Positions 12,803-29,829 of a stretch of DNA of 64,000 nucleotides are shown piece by piece; positions within the stretch are counted from its first letter, which is position 1, and each line of letters starts with the position of its first letter. The DNA comes from Nitrosopumilaceae archaeon (GTDB taxonomy: Archaea; Thermoproteota; Nitrososphaeria; Nitrososphaerales; Nitrosopumilaceae): assembly GCA_965207375.1 (NCBI GenBank), contig CBDBMG010000002.1:672001-736000 (forward strand). The letters run 5' to 3'. The position numbers and the translations under genes are program-made. The notes under the pieces are model-generated. The model ran no database searches and was not told the DNA's origin. It worked only from the letters and a program-made list of their open reading frames with translations.

Positions 12803-14883
12803 TTCAGAGTTCACCAATATGTATGCTCTTGACACTTCTGTAGAAAACTTGTGGTGTGGTTTTCGTGACAAATTGCTTGAAACAATAAACACACATGTAC
12901 CATGTAAGATAAAATCAAAAAACTCTCGTCAGCCATGGATAAACCGTACTCCCAAACAACTGAGAAGATACAAACAATGTAGTTATAACAGAGCCAGATC
13001 CACCAATCTACCCACACATTGGCTACACTATAAACAGTTAAAAAAAGAAATGCAGAAAGAATGCCGTAAATCATACAACGAGTACATGTCTAATATCATA
13101 CACGAATCCTATGAGAATGGTAAAAAGAAAAAGCTGTTTAGCTATATTAAATCATTGCGTGCTGATTTTTGTGGTGTGGATACACTTCAAAAAGACGATG
13201 TCTTATATTCTAAAAATCAAGACAAGGCAAATTTACTAAACCAGTACTTTGCATCTGTTTTTACTGATGATGGTTGTGAATTACCAGAGATGGGTCCCAG
13301 CATTTACCCGAATATTCCACAAATTGAGATCACCACTACTGGCATTATTGAGCTCCTTAGAGGGCTCGACTCATCCAAAGCATCAGGACCTGATAAAATA
13401 CCTAGGAAGCTGTTGAAAGTTATGGTATCTGAAATTTCACCATGTCTTTTGCTAATATTCTCTGCTTCCCTTCATCAAGGCACTGTGCCACAAGATTGGA
13501 AACAAGCACTAGTTACTCCATTGTTTAAAAAGGGCAACAGAAAGAAAACATCAAACTATCACCCTATTTCACTTACTTGCATCTGTTGCAAGATTTTAGA
13601 ACATATTATCCACACAAACATCATGTCTCATTTAGAAACTAATAATATACTTTCAAATGCACAGTTTGGCTTTCGCAAACACCACTTAGCCGAGCTTCAA
13701 TTGATCCAAACTTCCCATGACCTTGCCTTGAGTCTACACAATAAGAGTCAGACTGATGCTATTTTGTTGGATTTTAGTAAGGCTTTCGACAAAGTTTTAC
13801 ATCGCTATCTTATCTTGAAATTGCAATACTATGGTATAAGAGGAGCTACATTAAACTGGATATCCTCTTTTCTTTCAAATCGTACTCAACGTGTAGTATG
13901 TGGGGGATGTACGTCGGACTCTATCGATATACTCAGTGGTGTTCCACAGGGCTCAGTACTGGGACCCTTATTTACATTAATGATATTGTAAATTACGTTT
14001 CATCTCCATGCCGCTTATTTGCAGATGATTGCATTATTTACTGATAGGCAAATCAATTCACCAACTGATGCCAAAATTTTACAAGATGACTTATTACAGC
14101 TTGAGAGATGGGAAAAGACATGGCACATGGAGTTCAATATCAATAAATGCATGGTACTAACAGTAACTTTGAAGAAACACCCAATGTTTACTGAGTAGTA
14201 CCTGCACAACTATAAACTCACAACTGTTTCCAAGGCCAAATACCTAGGTGTTATACTAGATTCCAAACTATCTTTTAACAACCATGTCGATGCTACATGC
14301 AAAAAAGCAAATTCAGTCCTTTCTTTCCTGAGAAGAAACCTAAGACACTGCCATCGAAGGATTAAAATAGACGCTTATAATTCTTTTGGAAGGCCTATCT
14401 AAAATTATGCTGCACCAGTGTGGACCCCCCACACTAACTATCATATCAATAAACTAGAAGCTATCCAAAAATGAGCAGCTCGGTTTATAATGTCAGGTCA
14501 TCGCAGAACTATCAGTGTATCAGCTATGCTCACTTTCCTACAGTGGCGATCTGTCAAAGCCCAACACAGAGAACTATACCTCATAATATTATATAAGATC
14601 ATCCATGGCCTTGTTGAACTCAATTTACCAGGCTATATCATCCCAGATCCCCGTATCACAAGAGGACATACTATGAAATTTGTACAATCTGCCATGCATA
14701 CTGACCAATACAAGTATAGTTTCTTCCCAAACTCCATTAGTCACCGGAACAAGTTACCACCTGAAACTGCAAACATTGTCAATTTAAATGACTTTAAAAC
14801 CTTTTACAATCACATATGTAACTAATAACTAATATATTTATATAGCTAGATATTGTATTATACTCAAATCTATGAGGTTTTAC

Positions 14884-14905
<22 letters not shown>
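12803..14905 (+). mobile_element. 5'-truncated L2/CR1-group LINE with (AAT)n tail; RT disrupted
   Basis: ORF 12819-13991 (KASGPD, YHPISLT, QFGFR, LLDFSKAFDKV, GVPQGSVLGP), continuing in another frame through LFADD, KYLGV and TRGH; ends in (AAT)n at 14884. Confidence 0.9.
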
Positions 14906-18795
<3,890 letters not shown>

Positions 18796-18863
18796 TTCAA
18801 AATTTGCATTTTAAGACAAATGGCACATCATCTCATATCGACATTAGGTACTAACGGGCAGTT

Positions 18864-19350
18864 GATCCCACGAATTGCACCAAGTGGAAACCTTGAGACT
18901 ATTCCTATTGATTGTTTTGTGGAGGGCTTGGATGGCAAGATGGGGAAGCAGAACGCTTTGTTAAACCTTCAAACATGCCATGAGATTCAGGGACCCTTGA
19001 GACAAAATTAGCAAGATTTTTATTTATATCTTATGTACAGGAATGCACCTGACTCAACCACAGGTCAATCACCTGCAGAACTATTGTTTCACAGAACTTT
19101 ATAAACCAGATTGAGCTTACTGAGGCCAAGTGTTGCTGAAACAGTGGTGAACAAACAAGCTTCTCAGAAGGAATAACATGATAAGAAGGGGAGAGAAAGG
19201 CAGTTTGAAGTAAATCAGGATGTTCTAGTAGAAAACCCGAAGGGAGATCCTAAATGGTTACCGGGCATAATTCTAAAAAAGTTAGAACCCTTATCATATG
19301 AGGTAAAAGTTAATGATAACATCTGGAATCGGCATGTCGATCAAATGATA
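18864..19350 (+). pseudogene. Gypsy integrase C-terminal fragment
   Basis: YRNAPDSTTGQSPAELLF..TRLSLLRP..KWLPGII..LSYEV..RHVDQ, with stops. Confidence 0.75.
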
Positions 19351-19373
19351 GTAGCAGCAAGAATACTAAAATA

Positions 19374-19576
19374 CCGTATAGCGGGAAATTTTCGAAGGGT
19401 TTAATTTTCGAAAATTTCGAAAATAGTCGAGCATTTTCGAAAATATTTTTTCGAAATACCTAGGTAGAATATAGCCATAAACGTTGTTTAGAGGATATTC
19501 AAAAATATTTTTTCGAAATCATATTGACTGAGATGTTTTCGAAAATTTAACCTTTTGAAAATTTCCCGCTATACAG
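19374..19576. mobile_element. Tc1/mariner-type MITE
   Basis: TIR ccgtatagcgggaaattttc / gaaaatttcccgctatacag; TA flanks; internal ttcgaa repeats. Confidence 0.8.
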
Positions 19577-19588
19577 TACATAGTCTGA

Positions 19589-20519
19589 TCAATCAGATGT
19601 AGTGTGGGGGTGTATGGAGTCCATACATTCACATGTATACCTCCAGGCATCATCTGTAACATTGATCATGACTTGGCTTTCTCTCTTCCTAAAATATTCT
19701 TTAATCAGCTTGTAATATCTCTCATGTACTATTGGGGGGCGTGCCCGAACTGAGAAGTGTGGCTGCTCTACTGAGCCTTGTGTGACAAGGCATGACCCCA
19801 ATTGTGTATCAGTTGCTTCAAACTGTTTATCAATAATTCCTTCTTGTTCCTCTAGTGTAGTAGTAACTGGATGATCAGGTAGACTGTATCCTATGCCTGA
19901 ATCATTAACTGTATTTCTAGAATAAAGAAATGATTTTCTGGTTGATAACATCCCCAGTTTCCTCCCCCTCCTCCATACTGGAGTGCTCGCCAAATGAGTC
20001 TTAGGTGATTTAAATGGACTTATAAACTTCTGTTTTCCTATCCTATTGGTTCCCATATCAGAGTGAGGCCCAATCTCTTAGGACGAACTCGGTCAGATTG
20101 TATAGCTGTTGTTATAGTAACTAATGATCATACATTATATTATGATCAGTATTAACCTTCAGGAGTAGTATCTAATGGATCCCTTCTCCTCTTCGTACCT
20201 CTAGTAATCCTCTCAGTATACTACACATGCAACAATGCAAATTAGTAAACAACAACAATTACTCGTAAACACTCACATTATTGGTCTTATTAGAGGGACT
20301 GGCTTCCATGGAAACCATGCTATCAGGGGTAGGATAACATGATCTCTGAACACCGCTCAATACAACTGCTGTTTCATGACTACCAGTATCACTTTCTCCA
20401 CTGTTCAAATTACAATCCTCAAAAAATCGTTCAGCATGCTGTAATTCAGCTGCTGATACGATTGCTTTCTGGCCACTATCAGCCCTTGTTAAATTAGTAA
20501 ATGTAGACATAGCGGTCAC
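19589..20519 (-). other. Unassigned coding-like segments (possible exons of an unknown gene or pseudogene)
   Basis: ORFs 20259-20519 and 19589-20056 have protein-like composition and a possible donor site near 20274; no domain recognised. Confidence 0.3.
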
Positions 20520-21599
20520 GGAACGGAACGGAACATAACCGAAATATCATCATTCAACTTAGTATCGTAAGGAATATAGTATAGTAGAGTAAGCTATCAA
20601 TTATCAAACAATTCGATAATCGGACACTCATAACTCTACATTTAAAAATAGCTGAGCCTTCAAATTTTGACAAAAGTTAGAGCTAGTAATATCACAGCTA
20701 TGCTGCAAAGATTAGCTAAATATCTCAATAAAACGCGACACGAGAATCCAAAATGCATCGTGTCCGAACAGATCTTTTATCGGACGAAGAATTCCAAAAT
20801 CGGAATTGCTCTCGTTTTAGTACTATAATACTATAAAACTTCTCTCAAACTTTTGCCATCTATAGACCTAACAATAATATATTTGTGCTCCAAAACTCAC
20901 TTGTGTAAATAGCAGCAGCACCAAGTTGAAAAATAATTGCAAAGGGTACTCAGTACAGACCTTGATGTAAAAATGGAAAAAATTCTGGAGTAGGGGTGAG
21001 GTAATTATGCTGGAATAAGTTTTAGCATAATGGGGGAATAATTATTCCAGCATTATGCTAGCATTTTGTAAACAAATAATCAGGATTTATCAAAATACCT
21101 TGGAAATAGATTGATATACTTTAATAGAACAGTCCGTGCATTATTAAATTAGTGGAAAGCATTATATTACTCTAATAGAATAGTCATGCATTACAATAAA
21201 GTATCATTTTAAGAGTTACTACACTGTTTTGATGATGATTTTGAGAATAATCTTGAGAATAATGCAAGTTGATAGTAGCGTTCTTCAGTCCCACATATAC
21301 AGACAGCATTATATATGGGAAGGTTTTACACCTCTTGGAGTAAAATCTTCCCACATAGTACACACAATTACTATAGCACGACATAACGTAACTTCACTCT
21401 CACAAAATGTGGATCACATGATCATCTCAGGTAGCTATGTTGCACACTGTGACAAATATCCTTGATCGTGTGATTATTTATAAATTGTATTACAAATGCT
21501 GCACAACTAAAAAATTACAGCCCTATAATCACACTACATGCATAGCTGTCTATATAGACTAATGCATAGCTATACAGTTGAATTTGATCGGGTTTTAGT

Positions 21600-23600
21600 C
21601 ACACATTTCTAGATCTTCATCTCCAAGAGCAGTATCTACTGTTTAACCATCTGAAGGAAGATATATTCCAAACTTTCCTTTCAAACCATCATAAGATGAT
21701 ATAGCTAATTCCATCTGTCGCAGTCGTCAAGGGTTCGATACAATCACAATAACAATAATAGACAGACTAATACAAAGTAATGCAATCAACCATACAACCA
21801 GATATTATATGGCATCTAATTACATGATACAAGATGTAATAAAAGGTTACATAGTACATGGCCTAGCATAGGTGTATGCAGTAACTTAACATACTACTAC
21901 ACCATCAACCATTGCTCTCCAGCTGATGTTTCAAATTTCATCTTTACTTTCTTTCCTAATGCATCAGGTTGTGTGTATGGTTTAAATTCAATTTCTTCAC
22001 TCTTGTTATGGTTTCTTTTGTTCAACACTGAATTTGAAGGTGAAGAACTACCAGTAAAATTTGTCACACGATCGGGTGGGCCATGCTGTGCAGAAATATC
22101 AGATGGACCTTGGTTTCTGGCTCTTTCGTTTTGCTTTTTTCTTGCAGATGTTAATGTTCTCTTCTTGCTTCCTCACTTCTTGAATGGTATGACAAACTTA
22201 TACCTTCTTCAGCAATAAGCAAACAACCTTATCAACATTATACACAGAGATCATGGTTATTTTATGCACTGCAGTGTGTCTAAAGTACAGTCTTTATTCT
22301 TACATTCAACTGCATTTGTTGTAGCCGGGTACTTTGACCATACATCCTGTTCCATCATAGTGAAAGCTTTGCATAATCTTCTAAGGTGAGATGTCTTACT
22401 CTACCACTAGGGACCGGCCGATTATGCCAGCATAATTTTGATCATATTAGGTACCTAAAAGCATTAAGTATAATGCCAGCATAATAGGAAGTGTTTGGTT
22501 TAAAATATTAATAAAGATCGATATACTCTAATAGAACACTCACCATACTTGTTATTACTCTAATAGAACAATCACCGTACTTATTATAAACTTGATATAC
22601 TCTAATAGAACACTCACCATACTTGTTATTACTCTAATAGAACACTCACCATACTTATTATAAACTTGATATACTCTAATAGAACACTCACTATATTAAA
22701 TTATTTTTTGATGCAAGTGAATATACTCTAATAGAACAGTCAAATTTTAAGCACAATTCTTTTACATGAGCATAATAGGTCAAAAATTTGAGCACTGCAG
22801 CATAGCATAATAGATAAAAAATAAGCATAATAGGCCGGTCCCTATCCAGCCCAGTGTTTAGCCATAGACCAATCACAATTTAATCTGCATCTTCTTGTGA
22901 AATTTCAATGTTCAGTTTAACCAACTCATTCACAGTTTGGACACCACAAAGGGTTTCACTGAAAGCAAGCAACACTTTTTACGGCATCTTGCTTTTGAGT
23001 TTGGTTACCTATGGCTAGAAAAACTTTCTCCTACTGCTTGTTCTTGGATGATGCTATTCTATTTGCTATTCATTGACAAGAACGTTGCCAGTGTACTTTA
23101 CACCCTTTTAGCAATTCTCCAGCTTTATGCTCTCCTACTACCAAATTGAGACCAGCAGCCTCTGCATCACTTCAGTCTATAACTACTCCCAATAGAGTCT
23201 TACCAACTTCAAATGTCTTGCTATTTTGAGAGCAGTGATTAAATATCTTTCGAAAAGCTAAAGCATACGCTTCAGCTGTTTGTTTATCTAACCGTACTCT
23301 CGCTACCACCCATAACTGTGGAATTAAATGCAACAGCATTAAAAATATAGGGATACTGTTTGCATCAATCATATGTAGCTAATATCACATTGTATAAAAT
23401 CAGATTCAGTGGCAACTAACTTTAGTCATTAGCGGAGACATGGTAAAAACAAAAATTTAATTTTCCCATCAATACCAGCTGACAACATATGCGGTCTTCC
23501 CAGTTTTCTGTATTTTGCAGCTTATTGTTATTATCCCCACTGATTGCATCATCATCCTTGTCAATAATTGAGTCAGCCAATTCTTCAAATTCTGTAAAAA
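21600..23600 (-). pseudogene. Decayed MULE-like transposase remnant
   Basis: WVVARVRLDKQTAEAYALAFRKIF...LLGVVID*SDAE resembles a MULE core; multiple stops and frameshifts; interrupted by a MITE. Confidence 0.45.
22408..22844. mobile_element. hAT-type MITE with internal tandem atactctaatagaacactcac repeats
   Basis: TIR tagggaccggcc / ggccggtcccta; agcataat subterminal repeats; TSD not clean. Confidence 0.7.
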
Positions 23601-25043
23601 ACCACACTGTTAAAAACGAAGTATGAAAATCATACCAAAAGTAGTGAAATACATACCGCAGATGGTTCATACCAATGGTATGTTATGTAAACATACCAAT
23701 AATGGAATGTTATGCATACCATTAATATGGTATGTACTGATATTAATATATGCAATGTGCACTTATATCCTTGCAAAATTATTATACTGCACAAAGTGCA
23801 TGTGCAGATGATCAGACAGTATTCCTAAATTTAAAATTTATGTAGTTTACTCAAATATTTTGAGATGACTGTAATATGGTATGTATTTCATACCAGTATA
23901 TGGTATGCCATGCTTGCCACACACGTACTGATATTATACAAGCATCCTATTATGGTGCATATACAAAATCCTTTGATAAAATTGATAATTTATTTGAATA
24001 TTTTTTGAAAAATATATCAGTGGAGGAAATATTTGCAACTAAAAAGTAAGGAGTCTTTCAAGTCACCACCATCAGACAAACACTCACCTCCTAAACCACC
24101 ATCTATCAGCTGAAACCAAAAGGCCAAAAATAAATAGCTACTCCAGACTTGCAACAAAGATTTACTATTTTAGTGGGCTAATCCGTGGTACTCAACTTTT
24201 TACTGTCTACGACCAACCTAGTGATGGATCATGAATACAGTAGCATCATAAGGTCTTTTTAAAAAGTGACACACACAATGGTCTAGGCCTTAAAAAGTTG
24301 TTGCATGCATTCTACAGGTTAGCAGAGAACCCAAAACTATTATTGCAGAGAGGTTTGAAGACAGACTATACAATATTGAATCACATGGGCATTGCGGTGA
24401 CCTGATAGATGCCATGTGTCAAGTTAGTTTAATATCATAACCGTCAAGTCAAAGACTAATCTCACCATCATGACCACTTAGTTAGTGGTAGGCAGAAATG
24501 AACCTGGCAATGAGACATCTGACCCTACAGAACTGGAATGGACTATAGCAGAGTGGGCGTACCCATATCAGTGCTGCATCTAGATGATCTATGTAATCTG
24601 TATCTTGTTTTATTGCAATTGTACAGGCATTATTACTATCAATAATGGCAATCAAAGCCTATATGGGGTATCTCTAAAAAATTACAAACATAAAAGAACA
24701 CAGCTAGGCTACCACACAGAATACATCAGAACAACAATAGAAATATATAGCTAATTATAATTGTATCCTGGGGCGTGGGCGGATCAAAGAAACCGCCAGG
24801 GTGGATAATTTAGTTATCCACCCGTCGTCAATGGTTACATGATACAAACGTTTAAATACAAAGCTTTAAAGCTTGGAGATAACAGTGAAACTATTTCAGG
24901 TATTGTATAACCATTTTTGTAATCGATAGGGATAGTTGTAACGATGTTGTAGGCTACTTTTGCAGTTGTTGTTTCCAAACGAATGTATAAGAGTTCCCAA
25001 TGAAAACTATCTAAAAGATCGATGTATTCACCAGGATACAAGC

Positions 25044-25154
25044 TAGTTATATCCCAGTACATTCGTGATTTATCTTAGTTATTACCCTTGTCCTCGGCTT
25101 CGCCTCAGACTCGGGTAATAACTAAGATAACTCACTCGTACTGGGATATAACTA
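25044..25154. repeat. ~110-bp hairpin element
   Basis: tagttatatcccagtac...gtactgggatataacta arms around a ggcttcgcc centre. Confidence 0.75.
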
Positions 25155-25439
25155 ATACTTGATACGTACAACACAGGTAACAAAGAGTTTTAGACAAGTT
25201 AATTAGTTTTTACAACTTAAATCTTGATTGTTAGTTACAGAAGTGATTTGTCTATCAAGTTAATTCCATAGAAAGGCATGATACAGCAAAGAGTAATGAT
25301 GGTGTGATCCCCTAGACAGGGGGCACATTCAAGATTGATATGTTCACAGCATGTATATGTACTAGCTAAATATTACTATTAGTGCATATGCACATGTCTG
25401 TAACTCCTGGGCCCTATTAGCATGATGGTACTTTATAAA

Positions 25440-26145
25440 GCTACCTCTCTTCTGGAGTCTCCTGGGCAAGACGAAGTGCTTGTCTTTCGCTCAAGTTTGA
25501 TAATCTACTTTCTCTGTAGTATTTATCCACTGCATGTAATATTATGATACTTTGAATAGCTAGCTAGCTACCTCTCTTCTGGAGTCTCCTGGGCAAGACG
25601 AAGTGTTTTTCTTCTGCTCAAGTTTGATAATCTACTTTCTCTGTAGAATTTATCCACTGCATGTAATATTATGATTCTTTTAATAGCTAGCTAGCTACCT
25701 CTCTTCTGGAGTCTCCTGGGCATGACGAAGTGCTTGTCTTTCACTCAAGTTTGATAATCTACTTTCTCTGTAGTATCCACTGCATAATATTATGATACTT
25801 TAAATAGCTAGCTAGCTACCTCTCTTCTGGAGTCTCATGAGCAAGACGAAATGTTTTTCTTTCGCTCAAGTTTGATAATCTACTTTCTCTGTAGAATTTA
25901 TCCACTGCATCTAATATTATGATTCTTTCAATAGCTAGCTAGCTACCTCTCTTCTGGAGTCTCCTGGGCAAGACGAAGTGCTTGTCTTTCGCTCAAGTTT
26001 GATAATCTACTTTCTCTGTAGTATCCACTGCATAATATTATGATACTTTGAATAGCTAGCTAGCTACCTCTCTTCTGGAGTCTCATGAGCAAGACGAGTT
26101 GATTGTCTTTCCCTCAAGTTTAACAATCTGCTTTCTCTGTAGTAT
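25440..26145 (-). repeat. Six ~125-bp tandem units, each a 69-nt exon encoding a 23-aa STPR-like repeat plus a short intron
   Basis: On the minus strand: ctacag | AGAAAGTAGA...CCAGAAGAGAG | gtagct, translating to (R)ESRLSNLSERQALRLAQETPEE(R); e.g. exons 25445-25513 and 26068-26136. Confidence 0.8.
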
Positions 26146-26349
26146 ATAGTTATTAGAGTTAATGTGCTAGCCATAGCAAATGTTGCATGTATATTCGTTT
26201 AGCCTTGCCCGTCGCTTTCTTTCCTTGTCTGAAGCTCTGCTATGATCTGTGCTCATCTTATCTAATATTTTGTGCTACCAGAAGGTACAGCTATATATAG
26301 CTAGCAGAGTAAGGTGTTACACATGCATAATCATTTAGTGCCACTGCAT

Positions 26350-26600
26350 GCAAGATGCGATAATATGCAGAGTAAATGTTGCTTACCAGAAGATGTGGTA
26401 ATATAGCAGAGGTACGTGTTGCTTACCAGAAGATGTTGCTTACCAGTACCAGAAGATGCGGTAATATGCAGAGTAAGTGTTGCTTACCAGAAGATGTTGC
26501 TTACCAGAAGATGTGGTATTATGGCAGAGTAAGTGTTGCTTACCAGAGATGTGGTAATATGCACTTATTAGCTATGGCTAATGTGTTGCTTACCTAGCAC
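26350..26600. repeat. Minisatellite (gttgcttaccagaagatgtggtaatatgcagagtaa)
   Basis: Repeated units read directly from the sequence. Confidence 0.8.
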
Positions 26601-26671
26601 ACCATGATCATGCATAAACAACAACATGGGTCTACCTATATAAAGGTGAAGTCAAATGCATAACGTTAATC

Positions 26672-27916
26672 ATGGCTGGTAGTAAGCGCTGTTTTTCTAG
26701 CAAGGAAGCAGAATGCTTCCATGATATTAGTGATGTGAGTACAGTATCACCCATGCGTAAGGGAGGAAAATCTGCTACACCATACTTTGATGGAACTATA
26801 GCTGATGAGAAAGGAACATTAAGATTGTATGACTTTGATTCCAATGTGCAGAGGAAGTTATTTGAAGCTGTAGAAAGCAGTGAAGGAAAGGGTGTGATGT
26901 TAAAGCACTGTGAAGTAAAGCGAGGAAAACATGGAGACGACTTTGAAATAAGCTGTAGCTTTATGTTATACATGCATGTACGTAGCAATACTGAGTAGCT
27001 ACTCACAGTCAAACTATTCATTTCAGGTATTCATTTCAAAATTTACTGAGATTGAAAAAAGTGACAAAGATTATAATGTCAAAGCAAGTCCAGGTGGAAA
27101 GATAATACAACTGAGTGAAATTAATAACCTTATCAATTTCCAACGTATCACATGTCAAGTGAAAGTATTGTCCATAGAAAGTCCAGTTGAAGTACCCGGG
27201 GGAAAGAAAAAACAAGACATTATGATAGGTGATTCTTTAGGAACAACCAAATTGACTATATGGGAAGAAGAGATTGGAAAAATGAAAGAGGAGCAATGCT
27301 ACAAAATTAGTGGAGTAGTAGTTAGGGAGTTTAAGGGTATGAAGTTTTTAAGCACTTTCAAGCAAGATTCATTCATAGCAGAATAAATTAATGATATAGG
27401 GCGCATACAAGAAGATTGTGATTCTGATGACCAAAACAAAGAAGGAAAATACAGGGTATACAACAGCAACAATGTTGTGAAGGTATTTTTATACTGTATT
27501 ATTGCTACCTTTTGCTACCCAATTATACTTGAATCAGGTTGGTAATGCATCTGTGGGTGGAGTTGAGCAGCTGGAAAAATATGCTAGCTGCATTAAGTGC
27601 ACTGCAAAAATACTGAGTGATCAAGATGATCCAGATGTGGGTGAATGTGTCAAGTGTGGGATGTTACAGTGCCTTGATGCTGCTAAAGTTGCATGGCATT
27701 GTTGCACACCTTGTCGTAAAGACAGAAAGTGCTACTGCATCAACCAAGCATCAGTACTTGGCACTGCATGCTTTTGGAGCAACACTGGCAGACATCTCGC
27801 AAACAAATAATGTAGAGAAGATTACTAAGATGTCTTTGCTAAAAGCAAAGCCATTTACAATGTTTTATCACGATGAAATAATACAGTCCATCAATAGGAC
27901 CCTGCAGACGCAGTAA
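26672..27916 (+). pseudogene. RPA1-like multi-OB-fold ssDNA-binding protein with C4 zinc ribbon, about three exons, disrupted
   Basis: YFDGTIADEKGTLRL; VKVLSIESP..KQDIMIGDSLGTTKLTIWEEEIG..CYKISGVVVREFKG; CIKC..CVKC. Acceptors near 27027 and 27537; premature stop at 27384. Confidence 0.65.
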
Positions 27917-28300
27917 TCAACCTGTGCACAGACAGATCGAGTGATAGACACTCAAAATTGATTCATTTTGATTAACTTTAATTTTTTTATATAATAATAA
28001 TGATATTACAAAATGGTCAGTAATACTTAATGAGCTTAAATTCACATAACCGGTTAACTGTATTGTAATTATTTCACTGTAGTAATTTGTCCTATGGCAC
28101 CTACAAAACTTAACATGTATACACAAAACCATTACATGTTTACAAAAATTTAACTAGCACATGTTTTCTATTTCTATTTCAAAGCAAAGTGACGATAATG
28201 GCTTCCGCCACCACTTTTCAGGGATAATGACCAAGGTAACCCCTTTCTAGGAGATATATTGTCGAGGGCCGGTGGAAGAGTTTTTAGGCACTTGATATTT

Positions 28301-29333
28301 AACTAGAATGATAAAAAATTAAAAATTTAAAAATAAGTAGGGATTGAATTTTGGATTCAGTAGTGCTACAAAAAGTAAGGAAACAAGGAATAAGATTTTG
28401 GGACGAGAGAACATTCTGGCATGAGATAATTTATAAAAGTTTAATCCCTACTTTTGGCAAACCTATAAAGTGAGCCAAAAGTAGGGATTAAACTTTTATA
28501 AATTATCTCATGCCAGAATGTTCTCTCGTCCCAAAATCTTATTCCTTGTTTCCTTACTTTTTGTAGCACTACTGAATCCAAAACTCAATCCCTACTTATT
28601 TTTAAATTTTTATCATTCTGGTTTGTTTACTTTTTATACATGCTAAGCATTTAATAATCTTTTAGCAGGCACTTACGTAATAATTATGCTTGTTTACAGG
28701 TGCTTGTTAACAACGCGCTTACATGGCAAAGCAGCTGTATGATAGCAAATAACGCTTGAAAAACAGCAAAAACTATTTGTCCAAGGCTATAATCCCGAAG
28801 TTCACGATGTAATAAAGTACACCCGAGTACATCGTGCCACTGTAACTAATTATATCACGTGCAAGCCAGGTTTTGTATGACACAATAAGCAGAAGCCGTT
28901 ACAGGCTATCGTCACCTTTGGTGAGATTCGCACCTTGCTAAAAAATATATAAAGAACAAGGAAAGGAATGAAGGATAAAGGGAATCACCATGGAGCAGTG
29001 GGTAAATCGTCTTCGGAATAACATTTTCGTAAATCTGCCACCATTACCTTTATTGTGTGAAATTTCTGGAGCCCTACACATAGCGCAACCTGGTCTTACG
29101 GCAGGCAGACAAAATACAGGTGAATTTCAAAATTTTCAAAGTTGGCTGTAGGTCGAAATATTCGACTTATCGTTTCGTTTAACCAAGGTACAGCATCATT
29201 ACAGCCTTACCAATGCATTCCAGCCGGTTTTTTCGGGTAAAGCCTATTGCAAGGTTGATTTTAAAGCACGAAATTTTCCCGAAGCCATACAATTTCCTAC
29301 CAATCCCTACTATTAAGTACTACCATACTTAAT
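28301..29333 (+). mobile_element. Non-autonomous element with a ~320-bp palindrome at one end and a short hairpin at the other (copy 1)
   Basis: 28301-28623 folds on itself (centre ~28467); ends aatccctact-attaagtactaccatacttaat; homologous inverted copy at 61598-62540. Confidence 0.8.
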
Positions 29334-29829
29334 GATATAAGCTTAGTTTGGCCTACAACCGGCCACACGGATGAGCACTTTGGCGTGGAACTTTTGATGC
29401 CAATAAGTTGTATAGTGGGGCGACCCTTGCTACTCTTTCCCATTCTATTCTATTCTTTTCGATCTTACTGGCTCCAAGCTGGTTTTTGCCCAGCTGGTAG
29501 CCAGCTGACTGTGATCAAAAACCAGCTATGGTAATGTATAAACTACATTATATAAGTGTGTGAGAGAGAGGTAGCTATGTGTGCCTTCATTGGAAGCATA
29601 AAACTATCTATCTATAAAGACCCTACTCGGCCCTACATTGATCTTGCTATGCTATACTCCTAAACCTAACAGCTAGCTATTCTATGCATAAAGCAGACTT
29701 CCATCGTAGCGAGTTCTTCTGCGTGTATAAAATAAAATCCCAACACGTGATCCATTACCTTCATGGGAGGTGTATGGTTAGGTAGTTTGATAATCAGGAT
29801 GCTGTCCATCATTCTAAAATCTTAAAGCT

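Noticed and set aside
25440-26145. CRISPR-like array
   Set aside because: Whole units are homologous with no unique spacers, there are no cas genes, and the context is eukaryotic; exon-intron duplication explains it better.
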